This document shows, one piece after another, positions 1-10,205 of a stretch of DNA of 64,000 nt. The DNA is from a virus. Where the stretch lies: positions 14,355 through 78,354 of the IMG/VR virus record IMGVR_UViG_3300045911_000143; one strand, written 5' to 3'. Position 1 is the first letter of the stretch; each line of letters begins with the position of its first letter. Below the pieces are notes generated by a model, which made no database searches, was not told where the DNA came from, and saw nothing but the letters and a program-made list of their open reading frames with translations. The position numbers were made by a program, and so were the translations under genes.

Positions 1-228
1 TATTTTGAAAATGCAGTTAAATATATGAAATTTATTTATGACTCTATAGGTGCCGTTTAGAAATATGCGAAAATATTATTTTTCCTTTTATTATGACCCA
101 GATTATGACATTCAGGATAGAATTTATGCATATCTGGGATTTGTTTCACCGCCATTATCGAAACGTACAATGAAGGATACCATTAATTTTGTCATTAGTA
201 ATCAGATTTTTAAAACAGTGGAGAAGAT

Positions 229-420
229 ATGAAACAAGTTGCAGATATAAAATTTATAAAATTCTCTAAAGGAAAATACAAATCCTATAGATTGAGATTT
301 ATGAACAAGTATGGTGTATCGAGAGGATTCACTCAATCTTTAATGAAATCTACTAGAATCAATAAACCATTACTAATTAAAAAGCTCTTAGAATATAGTT
401 TAAAAATATCTAGCATATAA
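229..420 (+). CDS. hypothetical protein
   Basis: ORF track; fits the gene tiling. Confidence 0.45.
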   Translation: MKQVADIKFIKFSKGKYKSYRLRFMNKYGVSRGFTQSLMKSTRINKPLLIKKLLEYSLKISSI

Positions 421-423
421 ATA
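416..423 (+). promoter_or_regulatory. T4-type late promoter (TATAAATA)
   Basis: Exact TATAAATA 5 nt before the kinase ATG. Exact or near copies precede genes at 2264, 3662(-), 10249, 13903, 15305, 16763, 18743(-), 45402(-), 54167(-). Confidence 0.65.
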
Positions 424-428
424 TATGC

Positions 429-1100
429 ATGAAGATACAAACTATACTAGAAGACTTAATTAGTACAAAAGTGAAAGACATTGATCTTTCTAATAAAAAT
501 GTTAATTTGCCATTAAAATCTAAAGATTCTACACGCAGGGTTACGGGTTCTTCTGGATATTACTCACATGGAATAGAAGATAAAGATCAACATTTATACA
601 AAAAAATTGCAAGAAGTCATAGTAGGCAAGCAGATGACCCTTATTGGGGATATGTTGAACTCTGTATTAAATATCAGGATTCTAATCCATTTTTCCCTAG
701 GATATATGAATTTAAAAAATACAGAGATAAAAATGGCAACGTGATTCCAAAGGTAAAACTAGAAAGATTAAACTCATTTCCTCCATTTGAAGGGAATGAA
801 AAACTGTTTGTTGCCGCGATTAATAATGTTAAAGGTACTTATGAATATACAGAAGAAGATGTTTGGGGTAGTCCACATTTATCATCCATTGTACAAAATA
901 TTATAGAAGGACGTGAGTATTCTGAAAATGAACATATTATAGAATTTTCTAAGATATTAAAAAAATTCATGACAGAACAAACATCTTATCCCAAAGTTCA
1001 ATTAGATTTACATCTCGCTAATATCATGTATAGAACTTCCAATCATGGAATACAGGTTGTAATTACAGACCCATTTGCTGGAGTAATTAATAAAACTTAA
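429..1100 (+). CDS. Ser/Thr protein kinase-like protein (phage type)
   Basis: Gly-rich GSSGYYS, FFPRIY, catalytic loop DLHLANIM, ITDP motif. Confidence 0.75.
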   Translation: MKIQTILEDLISTKVKDIDLSNKNVNLPLKSKDSTRRVTGSSGYYSHGIEDKDQHLYKKIARSHSRQADDPYWGYVELCIKYQDSNPFFPRIYEFKKYRDKNGNVIPKVKLERLNSFPPFEGNEKLFVAAINNVKGTYEYTEEDVWGSPHLSSIVQNIIEGREYSENEHIIEFSKILKKFMTEQTSYPKVQLDLHLANIMYRTSNHGIQVVITDPFAGVINKT

Positions 1101-1101
1101 T

Positions 1102-1752
1102 ATGAGAATACAAAAAATTTTAGAAAATCTCATTAGTGTAAACTATGGAAAAAGAGAAGTTAAAGACTTTCCAAAAGGATATGAATCTAAAAAAAGTTTT
1201 TCCGGTGGATCGTTTTCCTCAGTCAGAAACGATAAAGACCCACATTTAGTAATAAAATACCCCTATGGGGAAGGCACAGACGGGTTTTGGAAATTCATCG
1301 AACATGTAGTTATACCCAATCAAGATTCTAATATATTCTTACCAAAAGTATACAATTATAATATTTTACAAAAAAGAATTAGTGAAGAAGGTTACAGCTT
1401 TAAGCCTTATTTAAAAATGGAGAAATTACACACTGTTCATGATGTTGACCATGAGAATGGTATACATAAAAAGATCAGCAATGAATCTTTGATAGAATTA
1501 TATAAAAGATTATTTATCACCACTGAAAAGGACATTAAAGAAATGTCTTGGATGACAGCTAGTGAAATCCACGAAAAAATAGCAGAAAGTTTAAGACATA
1601 AAGTAAAAGATGAAGATTTAAAAGCAACCCTGAACATGATATATAATTTTTGTGAAAAATATAAGTATAACGTAGACTTACATCCCGGCAATATCATGTA
1701 TAGGTTAACCCCCCAAGGACCTCAATTAGTCTTGGTTGACCCTGTATATTAA
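1102..1752 (+). CDS. Ser/Thr protein kinase-like protein (paralog of 429-1100)
   Basis: GGSFSSV loop, VIK lysine, MEKL, DLHPGNIMYR, LVDP. Confidence 0.8.
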   Translation: MRIQKILENLISVNYGKREVKDFPKGYESKKSFSGGSFSSVRNDKDPHLVIKYPYGEGTDGFWKFIEHVVIPNQDSNIFLPKVYNYNILQKRISEEGYSFKPYLKMEKLHTVHDVDHENGIHKKISNESLIELYKRLFITTEKDIKEMSWMTASEIHEKIAESLRHKVKDEDLKATLNMIYNFCEKYKYNVDLHPGNIMYRLTPQGPQLVLVDPVY

Positions 1753-1769
1753 CTTTTTTATAATTTTTA

Positions 1770-2048
1770 ATGGTTATACAATTTGAAATTCCAAAGTCTT
1801 TTTATTTTGGTATAATAATACCAAGATACTGTTTTGATATTATACTGAACTTAGAACAAAAGTCTGATCTCTTATTGTTTACCTGTTGCAAATGGTTATA
1901 TGAAAATTTAGCACGGATCAATGGTAAAAAATATAAGATATCTGAAAGTATATTCTTTCCACAACAAGAATATGTGGATCAAATTATGCTAAAATATACT
2001 CAAAAATTTTATTATGATTTCATAGTGCATCAGGTGTTAAATGTCTAA
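1770..2048 (+). CDS. hypothetical protein
   Basis: ORF track; tiling. Confidence 0.45.
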   Translation: MVIQFEIPKSFYFGIIIPRYCFDIILNLEQKSDLLLFTCCKWLYENLARINGKKYKISESIFFPQQEYVDQIMLKYTQKFYYDFIVHQVLNV

Positions 2049-2268
2049 ACCATTGATAAAGTCTATTTCTTTACAAAAGTTTGAAGAAAAATATATTATT
2101 AAGTATAAGTATGAATGTACAGATTATACTAAAATTATAGGTGGGTTGACATTCGACAATGTTATCTCAAAAGGAATATCCAAAGAAGCTCTCGTATTAA
2201 AAATTAACATAGAGGCAGATGCCCCGATCATCTTAAATCTTGCTAACACTATATTAAGTTTACTATAA
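2041..2268 (+). CDS. hypothetical protein
   Basis: ORF overlapping the previous stop region. Confidence 0.45.
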   Translation: MSKPLIKSISLQKFEEKYIIKYKYECTDYTKIIGGLTFDNVISKGISKEALVLKINIEADAPIILNLANTILSLL

Positions 2269-2288
2269 ATATTTAAAAGGATTAAATC

Positions 2289-2846
2289 ATGACAACGAAA
2301 AAATTACTAATTGAATTAACTCAAGCTTTACATAAAAAAGATACTGCACTTGCTGAACAGTTAATGTCTAAAATTTTGACTTCAAAAAGTGCTAAAATTG
2401 TAAATGAAATTTATAACAGAGAATCTGACTATCATACAAAAGTTGAAAATGATTATTTCTCAAAAGAAATTACAATTGATGGAAAACCATACAGTATTGA
2501 TGTTATAGTCAGTATTGAAAAAGTCTATAGGTATGATAATGGTGGCATGGATTCTCCGAGTGGATATGATTTGGCAGGATATGGTAAAGTTGTAGATATT
2601 AGAGAGGTAAAAATTGTTGATTTAAAGAATAACCTTAAAGCAACTTTAGTTGTAGATGGTACTACAGATGTTAGTGTTCGCGGAATCTTAAATGCTCTTA
2701 TTGCAGATGTTAAAGAAATATTACCGGATCATTATCCTGAATTTTATCAAGCAAATAAATCAAATCTACACAATGGTGCGTTCTTACAAAAGCTTGCACA
2801 AGAAATTTATAGTGTTGTTTCTGATTTGGAAGATTCCGAAGCTTAA
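2289..2846 (+). CDS. hypothetical late protein
   Basis: TATAAATA at 2264-2271 and AAGGA RBS. Confidence 0.65.
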   Translation: MTTKKLLIELTQALHKKDTALAEQLMSKILTSKSAKIVNEIYNRESDYHTKVENDYFSKEITIDGKPYSIDVIVSIEKVYRYDNGGMDSPSGYDLAGYGKVVDIREVKIVDLKNNLKATLVVDGTTDVSVRGILNALIADVKEILPDHYPEFYQANKSNLHNGAFLQKLAQEIYSVVSDLEDSEA

Positions 2847-2848
2847 TA

Positions 2849-3640
2849 TTATTGGAGTATTTGCATAGGGTGTTTTACTTGATATGTACCAATTAAATCA
2901 CCTATATCTCCCCAATAAACTCCACTGTTAAGATTAAGTATACCTACAATTTTAGTAGCCCCAGAAAATCCTATCTGTTTATCTATTCTAACAGACTTAG
3001 AAGGATTTTCACCATAATTTAAGGTTCTTAGTCGTCTTGTCAATTTATCTTGTTCTCGTTTTATATCTGCGGGCTGTTGTTCTATTGCGGAATCGACAAT
3101 AACAGTAATGTATTCTTTCAAATCTTTTTCAAGATATGGTTTTAACTTTTCATAATGTTTCTTATTACTTGATGTAACCATTTTCTCTTCGATTATTTTA
3201 AGACACATTTTTACTTGTTCTTTTACAAAATCATAGAAAACATCATCTGAAATTTCATAATCATGCTCATTTAATAATTTCTTCAAATTTACGTCAATGG
3301 TATGGTGAATACTTGCTGAAACATAATCTTCATCTATGATTGTCTCTCTTTCTTGAGCCTTAATCACAACTATTATTTCAGGACTTTTGGTTTTAAAACT
3401 AATTTCTTTGGCCGCCGTGATTGCAGCTTGTTTGTCTTTAGACATATAAACGCCATAAAGTGGAGTTTGTGGTATGTGAAAATAAGCTTCTATTTCATCA
3501 CTTCCGTAGCCATCTTCACTTTTATTTGGAATAAGGCCATGTTTTAGTATAGAACGGAGATATGCTCCTCCTGTTCCATGATAAAAATATTTCTTTTCCT
3601 TAGAAAATTTTGCTTCTTTTAAAATATCAAAAATAAACAT
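2849..3640 (-). CDS. ADP-ribosyltransferase / Tpt1-like fold protein
   Basis: YHGT...SILKHGL.P...GVYMS...A..AA pattern of H-type ART folds; late-promoter-like AATAAATA upstream. Confidence 0.55.
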   Translation of the reverse strand: MFIFDILKEAKFSKEKKYFYHGTGGAYLRSILKHGLIPNKSEDGYGSDEIEAYFHIPQTPLYGVYMSKDKQAAITAAKEISFKTKSPEIIVVIKAQERETIIDEDYVSASIHHTIDVNLKKLLNEHDYEISDDVFYDFVKEQVKMCLKIIEEKMVTSSNKKHYEKLKPYLEKDLKEYITVIVDSAIEQQPADIKREQDKLTRRLRTLNYGENPSKSVRIDKQIGFSGATKIVGILNLNSGVYWGDIGDLIGTYQVKHPMQILQ

Positions 3641-3693
3641 TTCTCAATCAACTGTTTTTAGTATTTATTAAATAGTAATGGGAGATATAAAAT

Positions 3694-4227
3694 ATGATAG
3701 ATATACCAGTTATTCGAAATCCTTTAACATATGAATCTAGATCATTTACATTATTATTGATGGATATAATTTTTAGCGAATGTGAAATATACTCAGATAT
3801 TAGATATCCCGGTTCGTACTATATAGATGCTGTAGAAAAATTAAGAGAAGGTTTTTTTAAAGTCAATTCTTCCGATGAAGAATGGTCAAAATTTGAAAGA
3901 TACGAAAATGCTTTATCAAACGAAAAAATTCAAATAACCAGAGAAATGGATTATAATCTTTGTAAGAGATTCTATGAGCTATACAATCCATTCGGCAGCA
4001 TCACGGATAGAGTCAAAAGTTTATTTACAAGTATAAAGATTCTACATGATGAATTTCCATTTGTAAGAGAAATGATGATTTATGGTTTGATAAAATGTAT
4101 TCAAAACTTTGACTACATAAGAACACAGAGAATTTATAGACACTATAAAGATATATTTGGTAAATCATATAGTGAAATTACAGTTGATGATTATAGTAAT
4201 TTAAAAAATATAAAAATAAATATTTAA
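3694..4227 (+). CDS. hypothetical protein
   Basis: GGAG RBS, 177 aa ORF. Confidence 0.6.
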   Translation: MIDIPVIRNPLTYESRSFTLLLMDIIFSECEIYSDIRYPGSYYIDAVEKLREGFFKVNSSDEEWSKFERYENALSNEKIQITREMDYNLCKRFYELYNPFGSITDRVKSLFTSIKILHDEFPFVREMMIYGLIKCIQNFDYIRTQRIYRHYKDIFGKSYSEITVDDYSNLKNIKINI

Positions 4228-4240
4228 AATATGGAAATAT

Positions 4241-4885
4241 ATGAAAGTTGACTTTGGTAATAGAAAATGGAACGGTAATGGTAGCATATGGTATAAAGAC
4301 CAAGTGATGATGCAAAGCGAACTGATATATCCAGTTTTTGAAGAATTTTTTAAGATTAATAAGTTTGATAAAATGATAGAGATAGGCACGGCATATGCAG
4401 GATTTTCTTTATTCTTGGAAGATTTAACAAAAAAAGATGGAACAAAAATAATAAGTTATGATATTATGCCTATAGAAAATATGCCGTTTCATGAAGCGTC
4501 ACCAAACAAAAGAATTGAAAAATCAAAATATGTATTAGAGTCATCCATTGACTTTAGGATAAAAAATACATACACTCAAGAAGTTCAGCAAGAAATCAAA
4601 GATATTATCCATTCATCTGGTCGATGTGCAGTATTCTGTGATGGCGGAAATAAGCCTAAAGAGTTAAATATTTTTGCTAATATTATAAAGTCAGGAGACT
4701 TTATTTTTGCACATGATTATGCACAATCGCCTGAATACTATTCAGAAAATATTTTAAATAAATATTGGCGTTGGTCTGATTGTTTTTATAGTGATATAAA
4801 AGACTCTGTTGAAAGCAATAATATAAAATTATATTATCCAGAATATTTTGAAAAAGTTGCATGGTTTTGTGGAATTAAAGAATGA
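4241..4885 (+). CDS. class I SAM-dependent methyltransferase (Methyltransf_24/CmcI-like)
   Basis: IEIGTAYAG motif I, FCDGG, GDFIFAHD. Confidence 0.75.
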   Translation: MKVDFGNRKWNGNGSIWYKDQVMMQSELIYPVFEEFFKINKFDKMIEIGTAYAGFSLFLEDLTKKDGTKIISYDIMPIENMPFHEASPNKRIEKSKYVLESSIDFRIKNTYTQEVQQEIKDIIHSSGRCAVFCDGGNKPKELNIFANIIKSGDFIFAHDYAQSPEYYSENILNKYWRWSDCFYSDIKDSVESNNIKLYYPEYFEKVAWFCGIKE

Positions 4886-5877
4886 AAACAATAAGAATAA
4901 CAAGAGCAAATTTTCCAGAAAATGGAATGTTTTCATGGATGAATTATTTTAAATGGATATTAGAAAAGAAATATAATGTAATAATTGATTCAAAAACCCC
5001 TGATATTGTTTTTTGGACTAACTTCCATAATGAGGGGAAGAATATAGATCATTATACAAAAGACTTAAATCACACTATAGATAAGTTCCCAAATGCAAAA
5101 AAAATCTTTATAACTGGTGAATATTTTAATCATAGTGCATACTCAAATGTTTTAGCTTCAGGCGAAGATCATTATGCGCTTGGATTCTGTGATGCAATGG
5201 AACATGAGTCTAGATATTTGAGATTTCCAACTTATGTACTTGATACTTGGGTGCTTTATGATGAGTCTAGAATATTTGATGAACCTTTCTCTTGGTTGAC
5301 TAAACCAAAAGACCCCGAGAAAATGTTCAATAAATTTAAGCGTTTCTGCTCTATTGTTCAAGCCAGTGATAATCCAGTGCGTGGTAAGCTGTTTGATTTA
5401 CTTATAAAATACAAACCTATTAAAAGTTCTGGCCCTTGGCGACCAACTGTAGAACCAAACGAGTTGCCAGAAAAATATTTGTACTTACAACCGGAATACA
5501 TTGGTCGTGTAGATGGATTAACATATAGAAGTAAAATTGAATTCTTCAAAGATTGTAAATTTAATATAGCGTTTCAATTCACTGATACTCCATGTTTAAC
5601 ACAAGAGAAGATTGTACATGCATTTGCAGCAGGAACTATTCCTATATTTCATGGTAATAATAGAATATCTGAAGACTTTAATCCTGAAAGTTTTATCAAT
5701 GCTCACAGTTTTAATTCTTTTGAAGAGTTGACGGAGTATGTTATAAAAGTAGATCAGGATGATAATTTATGTAAGAAAATATTGGCAGCCCCATATTGTC
5801 ATAATAATACTTTACCTGAATACTATTCTTCTGAAAGATTGCTATCATTTTTCGAAAAGGTGATAAATGCAATATAA
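4882..5877 (+). CDS. alpha-1,3-fucosyltransferase-like glycosyltransferase (GT10)
   Basis: K.EF...CKFNIAF...TQEKI.HAF.AGTIPIF.G GT10 motif; PDIVF. Confidence 0.85.
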   Translation: MKTIRITRANFPENGMFSWMNYFKWILEKKYNVIIDSKTPDIVFWTNFHNEGKNIDHYTKDLNHTIDKFPNAKKIFITGEYFNHSAYSNVLASGEDHYALGFCDAMEHESRYLRFPTYVLDTWVLYDESRIFDEPFSWLTKPKDPEKMFNKFKRFCSIVQASDNPVRGKLFDLLIKYKPIKSSGPWRPTVEPNELPEKYLYLQPEYIGRVDGLTYRSKIEFFKDCKFNIAFQFTDTPCLTQEKIVHAFAAGTIPIFHGNNRISEDFNPESFINAHSFNSFEELTEYVIKVDQDDNLCKKILAAPYCHNNTLPEYYSSERLLSFFEKVINAI

Positions 5878-6604
5878 TATATTATTCTGTACTTTAGCAG
5901 TTGGTAAAGAATATAATGGCTATGCACAAAGATTATATCACACATTACAAAAAGTCCTCGGTTGTCCATTATTAATAGTAACTGATAACATAGAATATTT
6001 TAAAAATACACCTAAGAATAATTTAATTCTTCGAGAATTAACAAAAAATTATAAAACAGAAATAAATTGGGCTAATAATTATGCCCCCTTTAACTATAAT
6101 TTAAAATTTCTTCCTATAAAATTCGCTAGAAAAGATTCAAAAGAAAATAAAAAATTTGATTTCATTTTCTTTGTGGATTGTGATTGGTTTTTAAGACAAT
6201 CTCATTCTAAGCATAAATTTAATTTAGAGTTGCAAGGGCTTGGCGAATACGATGCTTTAGCTGGAAGAGATTTGAGATTATTTCATGAGAAGCAAAATAG
6301 ACAACTAATCCCTATACAAAAGTTAGAACTTTACAACTTATATAATACAACTAAGTATGATCAAGCTCAAATCGTCAATGAACAATATCTTTTATTTCGA
6401 AATAGTGATAAATTAGATGTGTTTATTGAATCATGGGAAAAATTAGAAAAGATATGCTCCGATAATAATGGAATTGCATATGCTGAAGGTTTAGAGATAG
6501 GAATGTCTGCAATAGATGCTAATATTAAATTTAAGATATCTAATATTGTAGGAGATTTATTTTGGTTTTATAGTAATAAACAATTAACATATTTCGGAGC
6601 ATAA
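5867..6604 (+). CDS. GT-A glycosyltransferase (GT6-like)
   Basis: TLAVGKEY N-terminal motif and DxD (FVDCD). Confidence 0.55.
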   Translation: MQYNILFCTLAVGKEYNGYAQRLYHTLQKVLGCPLLIVTDNIEYFKNTPKNNLILRELTKNYKTEINWANNYAPFNYNLKFLPIKFARKDSKENKKFDFIFFVDCDWFLRQSHSKHKFNLELQGLGEYDALAGRDLRLFHEKQNRQLIPIQKLELYNLYNTTKYDQAQIVNEQYLLFRNSDKLDVFIESWEKLEKICSDNNGIAYAEGLEIGMSAIDANIKFKISNIVGDLFWFYSNKQLTYFGA

Positions 6605-6605
6605 A

Positions 6606-7340
6606 ATGAAAGATTTAATAGTGGTAACTGTATTATATAACTATCCAACTTTTGCTTTACCTATTTTTTACAATAGAGCTTTACAATATTTTGAACCAAC
6701 AGACATACATACATTTAGATTTGAAAGTTTTAATGATGAAGAGTATATAAAATTCTCTAACGGAGAAAATGATTACTACTCAAAACTGTTCTTTTATAAA
6801 ACAGTAAAGTTGGTGCGAGAACTACGGAATATTCAGAACGAATCTGAGCATATCTTGTTTTTGGACGCGCTAGACACTGCAATTATAAAAGATAAAAACA
6901 CAATACTTGAAAGGTTTAAATCATTTGATTGCGACATTGTTTTAGGTGCTGAAAAGGGATTGTGGCCTGTTACGGAGTTTACCGACCAGTATAATAAAAT
7001 TCCTTCTTCACATGAAACTAAATACTTGAACTCTGGTACTTATATTGGTAAAACATATAAGGTTATAGAGGCTTTAAATAAAATTGTTACTTTTGGTAGA
7101 GAAAAAGTTTTAGAAGACCAAGGTGCTTGGACTCGCCTTTTTTTATCAAATGAAATGAATATAAAAATAGACTATGATAGAAAATTATTTTTTTCTACAC
7201 ATGAGTCAAAGGAAAAACTCATTATAGAGAATGGTGAATTTAAAGGATTTCTAGATACTGATCCTTGTGTTATTCATGATAACGGTCCATACAATGATCA
7301 ATTGACTTTTAAACTAGCTGAATACTATAAAATAGGTTAA
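6606..7340 (+). CDS. PLOD-type glycosyltransferase domain protein
   Basis: LFLDALD, GAEKGLWP, YLNSGTYIG, EDQ, HDNG. Confidence 0.75.
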   Translation: MKDLIVVTVLYNYPTFALPIFYNRALQYFEPTDIHTFRFESFNDEEYIKFSNGENDYYSKLFFYKTVKLVRELRNIQNESEHILFLDALDTAIIKDKNTILERFKSFDCDIVLGAEKGLWPVTEFTDQYNKIPSSHETKYLNSGTYIGKTYKVIEALNKIVTFGREKVLEDQGAWTRLFLSNEMNIKIDYDRKLFFSTHESKEKLIIENGEFKGFLDTDPCVIHDNGPYNDQLTFKLAEYYKIG

Positions 7341-7469
7341 TTTATGAAAATATCACAAAAAATAGGTGACATATTGATTAGGTTTTCGATTGCCTGTATA
7401 ATTGGCTTAATATTTGGCTTATTATTTATTTTAGGATTTTCTTTAGCATTTTTTCTGTTGAGTTAATAT

Positions 7470-7844
7470 ATGAACATTATCAAAGATTTAAACAAGACAG
7501 AAAATAAATTATTTCACATCGGGGAACAATTTATACTAAAAGTTGAAAAAGTTGAAAAACATGCAGATTGTTTTATCATAAAAACTGATCTTTATGAAAA
7601 AGATTTTTCAGATAGTCCAATATGCAATATTAATTTTAACATTCCAATTTTAACAGTAGAATACGATAATTCAGTATATGAAAATGAGAACAATATACAA
7701 AAACAAAAAATTATTGCTTTTAATAAAGTATTAATAGAAAATAATTCATCCTTTTTATCAAAAAAGATGTTGTTTCAAATTAATGAACAATCTTTGAATA
7801 TTATTCAAACTAATTTTAAGGAAATAGTTAATTATGAATGCTGA
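7470..7844 (+). CDS. hypothetical protein
   Basis: ORF track; tiling. Confidence 0.5.
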   Translation: MNIIKDLNKTENKLFHIGEQFILKVEKVEKHADCFIIKTDLYEKDFSDSPICNINFNIPILTVEYDNSVYENENNIQKQKIIAFNKVLIENNSSFLSKKMLFQINEQSLNIIQTNFKEIVNYEC

Positions 7845-8310
7845 TTCGGTTGTCGAAGTTAACTTAGAAGAAGAAATATTGTTTAACGTTCTAGGGTTAT
7901 TTTCTAGAATTGATTGTAATGAAATTATATTTCAGTCTAAGAAGGTTAACTTTAATGAAGGCATTCTTTATCTTTGTTATGAAATGAATGGAGAACGTCA
8001 AATAAGCATAGATATTTATTCTTCCAAAAATAATATCTTTATTTTAATAAATGAATTGGATTTTAGATTCAACAAAAATGATCCATATTTTTCATCTTAT
8101 GCAATTATAGGTTCTTATAGTAAGAAAAATGAAGCATTAATCTTAAATGCTGCTCTTCAAAGTGTAGACGTAACTAAAATATTTGAATTTATGCACCAAA
8201 ATAAAAATAAAGAAACATCTCAATTCTTTGAAGATGCGGTCAGCGCACATATTGATGACATAAATTCTATTCATATTCTTAAAAAATATAATTTAAAAAT
8301 TCAAAAATGA
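7834..8310 (+). CDS. hypothetical protein
   Basis: ORF with AAGGA RBS. Confidence 0.55.
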   Translation: MNADSVVEVNLEEEILFNVLGLFSRIDCNEIIFQSKKVNFNEGILYLCYEMNGERQISIDIYSSKNNIFILINELDFRFNKNDPYFSSYAIIGSYSKKNEALILNAALQSVDVTKIFEFMHQNKNKETSQFFEDAVSAHIDDINSIHILKKYNLKIQK

Positions 8311-8783
8311 TATTAGAATCTAATTTTGAAAAGGAATTTTCAAAACACCTTTCTTACTGCAGGGATGAATTTTATGAAAATGTAAGGAATGATGTTAATG
8401 TAGCATTGAAGAGTGGTATAAAAATCAATAACTTAAATATCCAAAAAGCTATTATAGCTGAAGCACTGTTTAAAGATACATACGAAAAGTTTGCAATTAA
8501 TGTCAAAAGATTAATTATTGAAAAGTTTAAAACACACAAAATAGAACAGCGTTTAAATAGTATAAACTCTTTTTTCTCAGAAATGTGGAAGATAGGGTTT
8601 TCTTGGAAAAATGACATAGAAGAAATAATTATATTCTTTACATTTGATCAAAATGATAATATTTTATATCAATGTAATAAATTAGATTATTCCTATTTTA
8701 TAAAGGAAAAATATTCAACACCACTAAGCAAAATTGAGAAACCATTTCCAGATTGGTTTGTAAATTCACTTAAATTAAACTGA
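8307..8783 (+). CDS. hypothetical protein
   Basis: ATGA overlap with upstream gene. Confidence 0.55.
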   Translation: MILESNFEKEFSKHLSYCRDEFYENVRNDVNVALKSGIKINNLNIQKAIIAEALFKDTYEKFAINVKRLIIEKFKTHKIEQRLNSINSFFSEMWKIGFSWKNDIEEIIIFFTFDQNDNILYQCNKLDYSYFIKEKYSTPLSKIEKPFPDWFVNSLKLN

Positions 8784-8811
8784 TATATAGAAACAAATAT
8801 GAGGACAAAAC

Positions 8812-9063
8812 ATGATAAAAATGACTGATGTTGTATTTAATAAAGAAAGAAAATTCGGCTCTGCTGATTCATATATTCATACACACGTACAATTAGATGA
8901 CGGAAAAGTTACACCCGCTCTTTTCACACCTAATGAAATTAGTAAAGGTATAAAGCGAGCTTCTGAAAACCCAGAAGACGTAAAAGACTTTACTGAACCA
9001 AGTCTTTGGAATTTTTTCATTTATAAATTGAAAAAGTGGTATAAATTTATGTTCAGCTATTAA
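8812..9063 (+). CDS. hypothetical protein
   Basis: GAGGA RBS. Confidence 0.6.
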   Translation: MIKMTDVVFNKERKFGSADSYIHTHVQLDDGKVTPALFTPNEISKGIKRASENPEDVKDFTEPSLWNFFIYKLKKWYKFMFSY

Positions 9064-9488
9064 CCTTTTAATAATTCTGCTGTACGTTTTGCTCTATTTG
9101 GCAACTGATTTGCCCATTTACTTTTAAGTACTTGGGCAGAAGCTTCTTGTAATTTACCAGCATTTAAAAATGTTAAAGTTTGTTTAAATTTAGAAAATCT
9201 AACATAACCTAAATTGAATGCCATATCCACTATACCCAATTTAGTCTTATATGGAAGAGAATCAAAATTTTTTACTAATAGTCTTGCAATCTTAACTGCT
9301 TCATTGAAATCTTCTTTCAGTTGCTGAATAGCCTTTTGTTTTGTCCATCTTATATTTTTGAATTTTTCATCTTTTCCTAGCATATGACCAACACCGATGG
9401 TCCAGTAACCGAATATATCAGGATAACTTTTTAATCTTAGTCCTTCTTCAAAAATGAAGTGATTTTCAATCTGTTTTGAATATTCCAT
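9060..9488 (-). CDS. lysozyme/endolysin (GH24, T4L-like)
   Basis: EEG.RL..Y.D..GY.TIGVGH, DMAFNLG, SKWA.Q.PNRAKR. Confidence 0.9.
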   Translation of the reverse strand: MEYSKQIENHFIFEEGLRLKSYPDIFGYWTIGVGHMLGKDEKFKNIRWTKQKAIQQLKEDFNEAVKIARLLVKNFDSLPYKTKLGIVDMAFNLGYVRFSKFKQTLTFLNAGKLQEASAQVLKSKWANQLPNRAKRTAELLKG

Positions 9489-9512
9489 AATAATCCCTTA
9501 TAGTGCATCTAT

Positions 9513-10205
9513 TTAAATTTCATGTATGATAAATTCAATTTCTTCATCATTACGAATATGTGGGAGCGCAACAGCGCATAACCGTTGTCTAAATCCACAC
9601 CCTATATCTATGTTTATAACATTATTGTACTTATAAGGTTTTAAATCTTTTGGGGGCGTATGACCGTGTACAACCATTTTAGTGTGTGTATCATAATATT
9701 GTGGTTCCATTCTACCCCATATTACAAAGTCTTCCTTTTGTTTGTTAACAGGTAATTGCTTATTAAATGCGCCATGCACAAAGGTGTAATCAACATCATT
9801 ATATAACAACACAGTTTTGGTTTGTATAAATTTTTTTATATAATTATATTCTTTTGTAGTAAATACATGTTGGGGATTATTAAAATTAATTCTAATTTCT
9901 TTAAGAAATGTTTCACCGCCATTTTCTAACCACATTTGCATAACTTTTTTATCAGTTTCTGCTTCAATAAACATTTTCTCGTGGTTGCCATATAAAAATA
10001 TATGTTGAATATCATTTCTATCTTTGAGTTTATTTAAAAAATCTATGACTTTAAAATTTTCTTTTCCTCTATCAATATAATCACCCAAAAAAATTATTTT
10101 TGCACCGAATGGGTCATTTTTAGTTTCAATATGTTTTAAGATTTTGTCATAGATTCTACATAAAAGTGTGAAATTCCCATGAATGTCACCGACTGCATAT
10201 ATCAT
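9513..10205 (-). CDS. Ser/Thr protein phosphatase (PPP metallophosphoesterase)
   Basis: GDIHG, GDYIDRG, GNHE, HGHT, IDIG. Confidence 0.9.
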   Translation of the reverse strand: MIYAVGDIHGNFTLLCRIYDKILKHIETKNDPFGAKIIFLGDYIDRGKENFKVIDFLNKLKDRNDIQHIFLYGNHEKMFIEAETDKKVMQMWLENGGETFLKEIRINFNNPQHVFTTKEYNYIKKFIQTKTVLLYNDVDYTFVHGAFNKQLPVNKQKEDFVIWGRMEPQYYDTHTKMVVHGHTPPKDLKPYKYNNVINIDIGCGFRQRLCAVALPHIRNDEEIEFIIHEI

